Virus record (IMG/VR): IMGVR_UViG_3300035034_002228
Span: 17,796-81,795 of that record
Reading direction: 5' to 3' (one strand)
DNA: 64,000 bases
DNA from: a virus
Every line of letters starts with the position of its first letter. Positions within the stretch are counted from its first letter, which is position 1. The translations under genes were made by a program, and so were the position numbers. The notes under the pieces are model-generated. The model ran no database searches. It saw only the letters and a list, made by a program, of their open reading frames with translations, and was not told the DNA's origin. Below are positions 49,612 to 57,836 of this stretch, piece by piece.

Positions 49612-50024
49612 GAGACCGCTCCTTCTTTTTCGTAGTTAAGGTATTTGGACACTTCGGTTCGACGGCGTCTGGCCCAACGTTCTGGTGGGGCCTTTTGACT
49701 GATCGCCTCTGCAGCGATCCGACGCTCGTCTGGTGATGCGAAGATCAAGGGGAGGGGGTAGTAGGCGTACCCTGTAAAGAACCCGTTAGAGTGTCCCTTA
49801 CGGCGGACCAGTGCATGATGAAACGCGTTGGTCTCCACCCCGAACAATCCCGCTCGAACGTCTTCGTAGTGACGGCGGTTGTCGTCAACACTCACGTAAT
49901 AAATATCGCCTTGGTATTTGACGCGCAGGAACACGATCCCTTCGGTGGCGTGAAAGGTGCGCGTCCCGTCGGACCAGGTTTCTTCTTCCCAATCCCCTTC
50001 GGGTTGTTCGGTGACCTCAATCAT
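49608..50024 (-). CDS. Hypothetical protein
   Basis: 138 aa, AGGAGG RBS, ATGA coupling at both ends. Confidence 0.75.
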   Translation of the reverse strand: MIEVTEQPEGDWEEETWSDGTRTFHATEGIVFLRVKYQGDIYYVSVDDNRRHYEDVRAGLFGVETNAFHHALVRRKGHSNGFFTGYAYYPLPLIFASPDERRIAAEAISQKAPPERWARRRRTEVSKYLNYEKEGAVS

Positions 50025-50470
50025 GACGCCTCCTTGAAGTTCTCCACGATGTGCATAAAACGTTCTGCTACCGTATCACTGGGCATCGCCTGATCCAGAC
50101 TCAGGTGGTCAATGATGTCGAGCATCAACTGCATTGGGTAGCCACCCACGAACAGTTTGACCAGTGCGTTACGAACCCGCTCAATGGCCACGGGGGATTC
50201 GTTCAGTGCGTAAGCGCCGGTAGTCCCTAAGTACCCGTCTTCGGTGAAGATGATTTCACCGGCGATCCCGGGTATGACCACAAAGGTCTTTCCGGCTTCG
50301 GTGGTGGCCGCATGCCGTATCCCGAAATTCCCGAAACGCTTTTCCGCAAGGCGGTCCTTCAAGATACGGGTCAATTGTTCAATGGACCCGAAGTGGTGTT
50401 GTTCGGCGTGGCTGAACTGTTTGGCGAACGGGCGCGTGTAATCGGTGTTATTGATGTCGTACTTTTTCAT
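50021..50470 (-). CDS. Hypothetical protein
   Basis: 149 aa, AAGGA RBS. Confidence 0.75.
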   Translation of the reverse strand: MKKYDINNTDYTRPFAKQFSHAEQHHFGSIEQLTRILKDRLAEKRFGNFGIRHAATTEAGKTFVVIPGIAGEIIFTEDGYLGTTGAYALNESPVAIERVRNALVKLFVGGYPMQLMLDIIDHLSLDQAMPSDTVAERFMHIVENFKEAS

Positions 50471-50497
50471 GGTCCAGTTTCCTTCAACTTGGGAGAT

Positions 50498-50527
50498 AAA
50501 AATAAAGGTTGGGGAGCAGTGCTCCCC
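50498..50527 (-). terminator. Intrinsic terminator
   Basis: GGGGAGC-ACT-GCTCCCC then AACCTTTATTTTT. Confidence 0.55.
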
Positions 50528-50539
50528 CAGGGCCGTCGC

Positions 50540-50791
50540 TTACATGAAACGACGGAACGCGTTTTCGACGGCCTCACCGACCGCGTCACCCGCGCCTGTG
50601 CTACCGCTGCTTGCACCGGTGCACCGTTTGACGCCGGCGTAGACGGCACCGCCTATGACACCGACGCCGAAGCCAATCGCCATTTTCTTACCGTGGCGAC
50701 GGAAGAAGCCCTTGGCCTTAGTTTTGGTTTCAGTTGCCTGAGCTTCGTTGGTGTTGTTTTCGTTGGCCTGAGTTTGGTTTTCTTCGGTCAT
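50540..50791 (-). CDS. Small early glycine-rich membrane protein (83 aa)
   Basis: AGGTGA RBS; N/E/T-rich N-terminus, basic patch, IGFGVGVIGGAVYAG TM segment; has its own promoter and terminator. Confidence 0.75.
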   Translation of the reverse strand: MTEENQTQANENNTNEAQATETKTKAKGFFRRHGKKMAIGFGVGVIGGAVYAGVKRCTGASSGSTGAGDAVGEAVENAFRRFM

Positions 50792-50850
50792 GATAATCAC
50801 CTTTTTCTTTCGGTTTATATAGTGGTTGAGCAACCTTTCTTGGGTTTACT

Positions 50851-50866
50851 CACATTGGTTATATAG
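50851..50866 (-). promoter_or_regulatory. Early promoter (CTATATAACC-AA-TGTG)
   Basis: One of three near-identical intergenic motifs resembling phiKZ TATATTAC. Confidence 0.7.
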
Positions 50867-50884
50867 TCTTCAAATTCGTTTCAA

Positions 50885-51511
50885 TCAAGCATAGCGCCGC
50901 CGAAACGGGAATCGCGACTTCATCTTCTTGGCTTTACTGGGTGGTAGCACGGTGTCTTCTTTAACCATCGTACTTTGGTGGGCCATGAAGTGGACTTTAT
51001 CGCCCTTGAGCTTCCCAGCGCGTTTGGCGTCGATGAAGATCGAGAACCACGCCCGGCATTCCTCGCCGTCGGTGGGCTGGTCATAATCACTGCCAAAGGC
51101 GTGAACCGCTCCTTCCTGTCGATGTACCTTCACCGGTGTGTGTTGCGCGGTGGGTGATCGTGGGTGTATCTCAATCACCACCACTGACGAGGGACAGGGA
51201 ACGATAACCCGAGTCCGGGACTTGGCCTCAATCTTCCGAGCCACGGCCATGCAGTCGTCTACGGTCAAGAGCCGTTCATCAAAGGACGCGGTGGTCATCA
51301 CCTCTAAGAGCTTTTCATAAAAGGCCCAAAACGCCTGTGCGTCCCCGGTGAAGGTGATGGTGTTGAAACTGAAGTCGTCTTTGAACTCGATGGGGCGCGG
51401 GAGGACTTGGATTTTCTGGTAGTCCTGTACCGTGACCTCACCGTGTTCGTCAGTGACTTCGGCGTATGCGTCCGCAGTGGTGCGGAATTGATCCACAACG
51501 ATTAGAGTCAT
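50885..51511 (-). CDS. Hypothetical protein
   Basis: 208 aa, AGGAG RBS; MTLIVVD start is reminiscent of degenerate Ntn-fold phage proteins (unverified). Confidence 0.72.
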   Translation of the reverse strand: MTLIVVDQFRTTADAYAEVTDEHGEVTVQDYQKIQVLPRPIEFKDDFSFNTITFTGDAQAFWAFYEKLLEVMTTASFDERLLTVDDCMAVARKIEAKSRTRVIVPCPSSVVVIEIHPRSPTAQHTPVKVHRQEGAVHAFGSDYDQPTDGEECRAWFSIFIDAKRAGKLKGDKVHFMAHQSTMVKEDTVLPPSKAKKMKSRFPFRRRYA

Positions 51512-51556
51512 GGTGTTCTCCTTTTATAATTCTTTCGTTTTGTTTATTGAAACCAA

Positions 51557-52381
51557 TCAACCAATATATTCAAGGTTGTATAGTTTTAGGGTGTGGGGAT
51601 CGAATATACAGTAGATCACCCCGCCATCAACAAGCATTGAGGCGTTCATTCTAACCACTACTGTATCCTCTCCATCGTCGCCCGCCGTGGTGTATGTCTC
51701 TTCCTTTAAAATTATGTTTTCAGTGAGTAGAGCATGATCAAAACCTGGGATTTTTGAGAATTCCGAAAGAACCCGTGACAAAACTCTATCGTCCAGACGA
51801 ATTGAATTCGAGGCGGGTAGTTGATCGTAAGGATTTTGCATTGGACGCGGTGCCGATGGGTCACGGACACCCGTCATGGCTTTATGAACATGAACTTTAC
51901 GTTCCATCAAGTGACGGATGAATTTAGCTTTCTCGCAAAGTTGTGTTTCAGTGTGTTTGGTCGTCTGTTCCATTGCAGGTACCTCGATGCTTAGTGGTTG
52001 TTCTTTGGTCAATCTTTCCGTATATTGCTTAACAGTATCGCTCTTTATAGCAAGGCTAATTATACAACCCGGTGTTTGAACCATCGATAGTTTGTCGATG
52101 TATTCAATGCCGTTTTCTCGGAGTCTTTTTCTCCGGGTTGGGTCGTTGAAAATATGACCAATTCGGTCTTTGATCACCTCACTATCGTGTTGATTTAAGC
52201 TTGGGCCGAACAGTGCCGTTACATCAACTTCAAGGCGCTCATGCGGACCAACCTTGTTTTTAGAACTGTAGAGGTCTTTTTCTGCAAGTGGATCTACAAG
52301 TGCCCGAATAACAGGACTATTTCTAAATTTGTATTTCAAGTAAGAGTTTGTCAGTTCGCTGACGTTTATTTTTCGTGACAT
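51557..52381 (-). CDS. Hypothetical protein, AT-rich gene
   Basis: GAGGA RBS before ATG 52381 (MSRKINV); the longer ORF call crosses a terminator hairpin. Confidence 0.7.
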   Translation of the reverse strand: MSRKINVSELTNSYLKYKFRNSPVIRALVDPLAEKDLYSSKNKVGPHERLEVDVTALFGPSLNQHDSEVIKDRIGHIFNDPTRRKRLRENGIEYIDKLSMVQTPGCIISLAIKSDTVKQYTERLTKEQPLSIEVPAMEQTTKHTETQLCEKAKFIRHLMERKVHVHKAMTGVRDPSAPRPMQNPYDQLPASNSIRLDDRVLSRVLSEFSKIPGFDHALLTENIILKEETYTTAGDDGEDTVVVRMNASMLVDGGVIYCIFDPHTLKLYNLEYIG

Positions 52382-52418
52382 GGGAGGTTCCTCGTTGTTT
52401 TTTCGTTTTATGGATTCA

Positions 52419-52445
52419 CGGCATAGTGGGGGCGTGCCCCCACTA
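52419..52445 (-). terminator. Terminator-like hairpin with TATGCCG trailer
   Basis: TAGTGGGGG-CACG-CCCCCACTA-TGCCG. Confidence 0.65.
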
Positions 52446-52865
52446 GCTGTAAACCGGTTCGTCGTCTTCTTTGGCCTTGGGGGTAAACCCCACGGCATGC
52501 GTCGGGGTCATCAGAACGTGCGTGAAACGCTCTGAGATCCACTCAGGCGCGTTTTTACCCACTTTCCGTACACGGAGTCGATAGGTCGGAAGTTTCCACC
52601 GTAGATCGTACTTGGCGGTCAGCTCCTCGATCATCTCGGTGAGCACGGGGTTGTCCACGTAGGTGATGTCCTCGTCCCTAAGCCGTGACCGTCCGTAATA
52701 CCCTTCGTTGCGCAGCGTCAGGATCAACGCCCGCAGTTCGGGATTGCTGGGGAGTTTGTCGCCTTTGGGTTTGGCAACGGGTTTATCGGTGAAGGGTCCT
52801 GCCAGCTTGGACATGCCCAACGCAATGATGGCAAAGATGAACACAACGATTAAAAAAGCAGCCAT
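52443..52865 (-). CDS. Hypothetical protein with N-terminal membrane anchor
   Basis: AAGGAGG RBS before ATG 52865; MAAFLIVVFIFAIIALG. Confidence 0.75.
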   Translation of the reverse strand: MAAFLIVVFIFAIIALGMSKLAGPFTDKPVAKPKGDKLPSNPELRALILTLRNEGYYGRSRLRDEDITYVDNPVLTEMIEELTAKYDLRWKLPTYRLRVRKVGKNAPEWISERFTHVLMTPTHAVGFTPKAKEDDEPVYS

Positions 52866-52904
52866 GAGTATACCCTCCTTCGAGTATAGGTGGTAACTGT
52901 TCTT

Positions 52905-52920
52905 CACAGAGGTGATATAG
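52905..52920 (-). promoter_or_regulatory. Early promoter (CTATATCACC-TC-TGTG)
   Basis: Repeated intergenic motif. Confidence 0.7.
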
Positions 52921-52923
52921 GTG

Positions 52924-53322
52924 TTAATTCTTTTCTATTCGGTGAGCGAACGCGGCTCCAGAAACACCCTGCAAGGTTCCCCCCATGTAGTCGATACTAA
53001 TGAAGTGAACGCGGTATTGATGTCGGACTTCATTGATGGCGGGGGCGAGCTGGCACCACAGTACATCCAGGAGTTCGTCGTACCGCTCTACCTTCGCCTG
53101 TGGCAATCCCTCCATCTCCAAAATGGAACGGACCAAGGCGGTTCGTTTTTCCCGAGTTTCAAAGAAAGCGGGGTTAAGATCGCGGCGGTAGTTGACGTAA
53201 GCTTCGATCACCGCCATGATGCAGTCGATGGTGTCCGGGGACCGATCGAGGTTTTCCACAAACCCCGACAGCAAGACTTCTCGCCAAAACACCGGATCGA
53301 CGTGGATGAAAAAGTTTTTCAT
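52924..53322 (-). CDS. Hypothetical protein, paralogue of 53330-53728
   Basis: GAGGT RBS before ATG 53322; MKNFFIHVD..W...F.E.L...PDT.D..M..I..YV..R is shared. Confidence 0.75.
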   Translation of the reverse strand: MKNFFIHVDPVFWREVLLSGFVENLDRSPDTIDCIMAVIEAYVNYRRDLNPAFFETREKRTALVRSILEMEGLPQAKVERYDELLDVLWCQLAPAINEVRHQYRVHFISIDYMGGTLQGVSGAAFAHRIEKN

Positions 53323-53329
53323 AAGTACC

Positions 53330-53728
53330 TCACTGGAGTACTTGGTACCCACTGAACCCAAACAGGGTTTCGTTCTTCACGTGGGCGACAAAGTCACGAA
53401 CGCCCTCGGGGGGTCCGCACTCGATTAAGCATCCATGAATCGATTGGTAGAAGTCGTTCAGCAGTCGGGCGAAAGCTGACACATCCACGTACGTGATGTT
53501 TTCATTGGACAGTATTAACCCGGTCATCTCTTCGGGGGTTTCCTGAGCGCCATCGACGATCCCGGAGGCAATGTTCGCCGTCACCTCGTAACGGAACTGG
53601 ACGTACTCCGAAACAATCTCCATCAAGTGGTCGACGGTATCGGGTGCGTCCTCCAGATGCTCTAAGAACGCTGGGAGGAAATGGTGGTGCCATTGGTTGA
53701 CATCCACTTGAATAAAAAACGTGCGCAT
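53330..53728 (-). CDS. Hypothetical protein, paralogue of 52924-53322
   Basis: Start MRTFFIQVD at 53728, just downstream of the promoter motif. Confidence 0.75.
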   Translation of the reverse strand: MRTFFIQVDVNQWHHHFLPAFLEHLEDAPDTVDHLMEIVSEYVQFRYEVTANIASGIVDGAQETPEEMTGLILSNENITYVDVSAFARLLNDFYQSIHGCLIECGPPEGVRDFVAHVKNETLFGFSGYQVLQ

Positions 53729-53756
53729 GATGAATACCGTTTGGTTCGGTGGGCTA

Positions 53757-53772
53757 CACAAAGGTGATATAG
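53757..53772 (-). promoter_or_regulatory. Early promoter (CTATATCACC-TT-TGTG)
   Basis: Repeated intergenic motif directly after a terminator. Confidence 0.7.
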
Positions 53773-53792
53773 ACGTATAACGCGGTCGGATG

Positions 53793-53827
53793 CATAAAAA
53801 CGAGTCCCTTATCGGGGACTCGTTTAT
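53793..53827 (-). terminator. Intrinsic terminator
   Basis: AAACGAGTCCC/GGGACTCGTTT stem followed on the - strand by TTTATGC. Confidence 0.8.
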
Positions 53828-54192
53828 GTGAACACCACCAACCCCAACAAATGTTGGTTTTCTTTCAGGATGAGTGTGACCCCCTTCAGGTTTCCGGACA
53901 ATTGAACGAAATCCCGAAACGAGGGCACCACCGCCTGATAGATGTCGTCCCAACAGCGGAGAATCTGTTGGCGGGGAATGTGGGTTAACAAGGCCGCCTC
54001 TAGCAAGTCCTCGACGTAGATGTCCATGTGGTGGGCTTGGTTCTTACATTCCAAATGCCACCGCAGGTACAAATACGACCCCAGGGATTCCCCCAACATC
54101 ATCGCCAAGTCTGGGTCGATGTAGTAGTCCTTGGACAGCCGTTGCCACATTTCGTCCAAGGCGGTCCGCTCTGAGGCAATGAAACTGCGCAT
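53824..54192 (-). CDS. Hypothetical protein
   Basis: 122 aa, AAGGGGG RBS; possibly a distant paralogue of the two downstream genes. Confidence 0.7.
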   Translation of the reverse strand: MRSFIASERTALDEMWQRLSKDYYIDPDLAMMLGESLGSYLYLRWHLECKNQAHHMDIYVEDLLEAALLTHIPRQQILRCWDDIYQAVVPSFRDFVQLSGNLKGVTLILKENQHLLGLVVFT

Positions 54193-54201
54193 GACACCCC
54201 C

Positions 54202-54480
54202 TTAATGCGTGGGGGTAAAGATTTGCAACCACTCACCTTTACCGGGTCGTTTGAAAAAACTGTGACGACGACGCTCGGTGTCCAGCTTGCCCCGCAGGCT
54301 GTCGATCTCACGATTCGACCGCATCAGTTCACCTCGAACGTAATCCAACCGCTTGTCTTTCAAGTACAGCTCGGCCACGGCTTTGTTGTGACATTCCCGG
54401 CTGACCTTCAGAGACTCCTCCAAAAGTTGATTGTCAAAGCGCAGTCGTTCCAGTTCTTTTCTCGTTTTTCGTCCGAACAT
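54202..54480 (-). CDS. Small coiled-coil hypothetical protein
   Basis: 92 aa, AAGGA RBS. Confidence 0.7.
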   Translation of the reverse strand: MFGRKTRKELERLRFDNQLLEESLKVSRECHNKAVAELYLKDKRLDYVRGELMRSNREIDSLRGKLDTERRRHSFFKRPGKGEWLQIFTPTH

Positions 54481-54495
54481 ACTCTTTCCTTACAG

Positions 54496-55848
54496 CTATA
54501 CGGTGTCGTGCCCGCGTTCGATGAATATTTTCAGTGTGATGATGGAGGGGAACCGGTTGTTCACCACCCCCACTTCTTGTGGCATTCGTTGTTCATGTAC
54601 CCCAAGCAGCACACCGTGGTAAGTCCTCAACTCATTGTCGGCGTTAGTTAAAAATTTCACCGGCATTCCAGGGTATAATAGGGCCGAATCGCCGTGCTGC
54701 CACTGAACCGTCAAGTACCGACCCCGACGTTGGGCCATCTTGGCGTAGTGCTGGAAGGGATTGGCGGTGGCGCGTTGCTCGGCCCAGCGGGTGTTGGAGA
54801 ACCCCGATGGCATTTTAACCCCTTCCACTTCGTACATGTTGGTTTCCCGTTTGGCCACGGCTTTGTTCCCACCGTGTTCCACGGGGTTGAGCAGCTGGTT
54901 GGCGTCCATGAACCGGACCGCACTGCCCTCGTTCAATTGCCCAAACTGACCCCGGTCAAACGCCGTCGCGTTACCGGTGGCTACCACGACCACCTGGTTG
55001 TTGGTTTTCCGGTACGTGCGTTCCGCCCCGTGATAACGGTTCGGGGGTATGTTGAGGATGGTCAACACCCTAGGGGTTTCCTTGTACCGGGTCACGTGGT
55101 ACATCGGGAACAGATACCAGATCCGATCTTGCAGGTAGCACCCTAAGCCAGACGGGTACACCCCACCCTCTTCGTTTTGAAACACCTTGGGTGCTTTGAG
55201 TAGGGGCAAACCGTGCGGTAGGATCAGATGCTCCCGAACGTCGGTATTGAACCCCGGAGCCAAGTCCACCCCATCGATCAGTTGTTTGTTGGAACCCGTC
55301 ACCAGTTGAGTGGTTTCGGTCAACAGCGAGCGTAACGCGTGGGCGGGCGTTTGTTGACGATACATGCGTCCCACGGTGATCATCCGAGTTTGATAGAACC
55401 CCTCGTCCATCAATTGGAACAACACGGTTTTGGGCTGCGTCCGGTTCATGTCGTCCCGCGACCCCGCTTGAGGACTGCGGGTGGCAGATGCGGTTTCGTC
55501 CTGGTCCACAAGGATGGCGCGGTAACGTCGGGTATTGCTGCCCACATCGCCGCGTTGGCTGTCGGTGTTCTCATACATTGGAATGGCCGTCACATCGACC
55601 CAAACCTCGTCCCGGTTGGGGATGATGAGGTACGAGTAATCCCCCTTACCCATCATCACTTCCAGACTTACCCCGTCCCCGTTGTTGTTCTCGTAATCCC
55701 GCTCGATGGAGAAGTTGATGAGTCGCATCGGACTGATCCACTGGTTCCCAACCCGGAACCGGCATGTCAGTTTGTAGTTGACCAACCCATCGCCCCGAGA
55801 AGCGATGGCTTCAACTTCACGCATGAGCAGTGTGGAATCTACAGCCAT
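54496..55848 (-). CDS. Virion structural protein (phiKZ gp101-like, possible baseplate hub)
   Basis: 450 aa; RDY, RYRAIL, GVY.SGLGCYLQ, LLYPGMPVK; synteny. Confidence 0.65.
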   Translation of the reverse strand: MAVDSTLLMREVEAIASRGDGLVNYKLTCRFRVGNQWISPMRLINFSIERDYENNNGDGVSLEVMMGKGDYSYLIIPNRDEVWVDVTAIPMYENTDSQRGDVGSNTRRYRAILVDQDETASATRSPQAGSRDDMNRTQPKTVLFQLMDEGFYQTRMITVGRMYRQQTPAHALRSLLTETTQLVTGSNKQLIDGVDLAPGFNTDVREHLILPHGLPLLKAPKVFQNEEGGVYPSGLGCYLQDRIWYLFPMYHVTRYKETPRVLTILNIPPNRYHGAERTYRKTNNQVVVVATGNATAFDRGQFGQLNEGSAVRFMDANQLLNPVEHGGNKAVAKRETNMYEVEGVKMPSGFSNTRWAEQRATANPFQHYAKMAQRRGRYLTVQWQHGDSALLYPGMPVKFLTNADNELRTYHGVLLGVHEQRMPQEVGVVNNRFPSIITLKIFIERGHDTV

Positions 55849-56426
55849 GGGTTATTCTCCACTAACGCTTTCTCGATCCGGTCCACGATGGACACGTACG
55901 GTTTCAGTTCGCCTTGATCCGTGGTGATCTTATCCCGTAAGTACCGCTCGGTGCGGACGGGGTTCCGACGACGGTTCATCTGCATCAATTGATCACGCAA
56001 CGGGTCCGCCGACCGTTCGTCCGGTTCGTAGAACTTGGAGGTGGAGTACAACGCGATGGCGATGGCTTCGAGTTGTCGGAACTCCTCGATGCTGGGGGCG
56101 TCTTCGGGATGAATGCCTTGGAACGCCACCCGCTCCCAATCGTGCAGGTGTTCTTGAATGTCGTCGTAGACCTCCACTGCGTCGCGTTCGTCCACAAAGT
56201 CGATAGGGGCACCGTCGTCGTGCAGAAGCGCCAAGCCAGCCGCAGTTTGACGCATGACGGAGGGTTCCATCAACCGCTGACGGTCGAGCGCGGAGTCGCC
56301 GCTCACGTGGTATCCGTTCTTCTCCAAGTAATCCAAGCCGTACAAGAAGATTTGAGGAATGCGCATTTCGTATTTAAAATGAAACAGTCGATACGCCGCC
56401 GTGTGCGGCTTTTTCTCCGTGCTCAT
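55839..56426 (-). CDS. Conserved phiKZ-like protein (gp100-like)
   Basis: 195 aa; VYDDIQEHL.DW, P.IEEFRQLE; synteny. Confidence 0.65.
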   Translation of the reverse strand: MSTEKKPHTAAYRLFHFKYEMRIPQIFLYGLDYLEKNGYHVSGDSALDRQRLMEPSVMRQTAAGLALLHDDGAPIDFVDERDAVEVYDDIQEHLHDWERVAFQGIHPEDAPSIEEFRQLEAIAIALYSTSKFYEPDERSADPLRDQLMQMNRRRNPVRTERYLRDKITTDQGELKPYVSIVDRIEKALVENNPWL

Positions 56427-56430
56427 GACG

Positions 56431-57831
56431 TTACTTTGCTCCTGCTCGTTTCAACAAACACCAGACGGCCGGGTAATAATAGAACCGTTCCAGGTTGTCC
56501 CAATCGTAAATGTGGTTCACCAGCCCATCCAACGCATCCAAGTTCAGCGCTTCACGGCGTAACGCTTGACCGATCAGCAATTCCAACTTGGACTGTGTTT
56601 CGCGGTCGTCTGTATAGAACGCTTCGCTGAAGGCGTAGTAATCGTCCACCGCCACCGGGTGAATGTCCGGGGGCAGGCGCCACGGGTCCACGCCTTCCAT
56701 CATGGGCGTCGGTTGGAAGAACCGAAGACCGCGCTCGGCTTGGGTCTTATTGGGCCCAGCCAACGGACGTCGAGGACGCCCTTCCCGGAAAGGAAGGCCG
56801 GCACGATCGGCGTAGTTGTTGTCGTACTGGGTATCGACGTCGGTGGGGGCGTCGATGGGGAAGACCAGTCGATCTATGCCGGTGTACCCCAACGCCTGTA
56901 ACGTAGGACGGCCTTTGAAGTAACTGGTGGTCACCAAATTGGCTTTCTGCGTTGCCCCGTACAGGCGGGTGTCGTCCATGCGCACGATCGCGTCCCACAC
57001 CGTGGGTTGGTTCATCACCGGTTCGGCCGAGACGTTCATCTCCCGGACACGGCGCAGGCGTGGGTCCAGTGACGTGTCCACGGTTTGCAATACCGCTTTG
57101 GTGACAAAATGGTCGTAGGTCTTGCGCAGTTGATCTGGTACCAGTAGTGTGCTGTGTTCGGTGCTGAAGAAATCCGTCAGGTACCGCTTGATCAATTCCA
57201 AGTACAGTTCTTGGTACCGTTCGCCTCGGGCTTTCTCTTCCCCAGTGACAAAGGGACCGCAACCACTGACCAAGGATGCTTGGGAGTAATGGAACGTTTC
57301 AATGGTCTTGCGTTCCAGATCCGCCAACCGCTGGTTGTCCAGTTCTGCCACTAGGGCGTACTCGATATTGTACACCGAGTCTTTCAGAATGGTGGCGCGG
57401 GTGGATTCGGTCACCGTGAATGCCCCCACACGCCCGTCGCCGATGTCCGCAACAAACATGTCGCCTTTGTTGGGCACCAAGAACGGGTACGTGATCCCGC
57501 TCCCACGAACGTCCATGGTTTTCAGACTGGGGTCTTGACTGAAACTCAGTGGCGTGGTGACCTTCAAGTGCATCGCTTTCAAGCGACGATACTGTTGGTA
57601 CACCGGGTCCCGGTTCAGGTCTTGTACCGTCGGCTCATTACTGGCTCCCAATACCTGAGAGAAGTAATCCACCGTCCAGTTCGACCCTTCCACCCACGTC
57701 AACAACGCGGAACTTGGCGTGTACTGGGTATCAACCGTGATGCCGTCGAACTTCTCGTGTTGGATCTTCGGCTTCACCGTTGGGGGTGGTTCGGGCAATG
57801 ACCCTTCATTGTCATCTTCAAACAACGCCAT
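56431..57831 (-). CDS. Virion structural protein (phiKZ gp99-like)
   Basis: LLT.VEGS.WTVDYFSQ, PN.GDMFVADIGDG, YD.F, W..LERFYY.P. Confidence 0.72.
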   Translation of the reverse strand: MALFEDDNEGSLPEPPPTVKPKIQHEKFDGITVDTQYTPSSALLTWVEGSNWTVDYFSQVLGASNEPTVQDLNRDPVYQQYRRLKAMHLKVTTPLSFSQDPSLKTMDVRGSGITYPFLVPNKGDMFVADIGDGRVGAFTVTESTRATILKDSVYNIEYALVAELDNQRLADLERKTIETFHYSQASLVSGCGPFVTGEEKARGERYQELYLELIKRYLTDFFSTEHSTLLVPDQLRKTYDHFVTKAVLQTVDTSLDPRLRRVREMNVSAEPVMNQPTVWDAIVRMDDTRLYGATQKANLVTTSYFKGRPTLQALGYTGIDRLVFPIDAPTDVDTQYDNNYADRAGLPFREGRPRRPLAGPNKTQAERGLRFFQPTPMMEGVDPWRLPPDIHPVAVDDYYAFSEAFYTDDRETQSKLELLIGQALRREALNLDALDGLVNHIYDWDNLERFYYYPAVWCLLKRAGAK

Positions 57832-57836
57832 GACAT

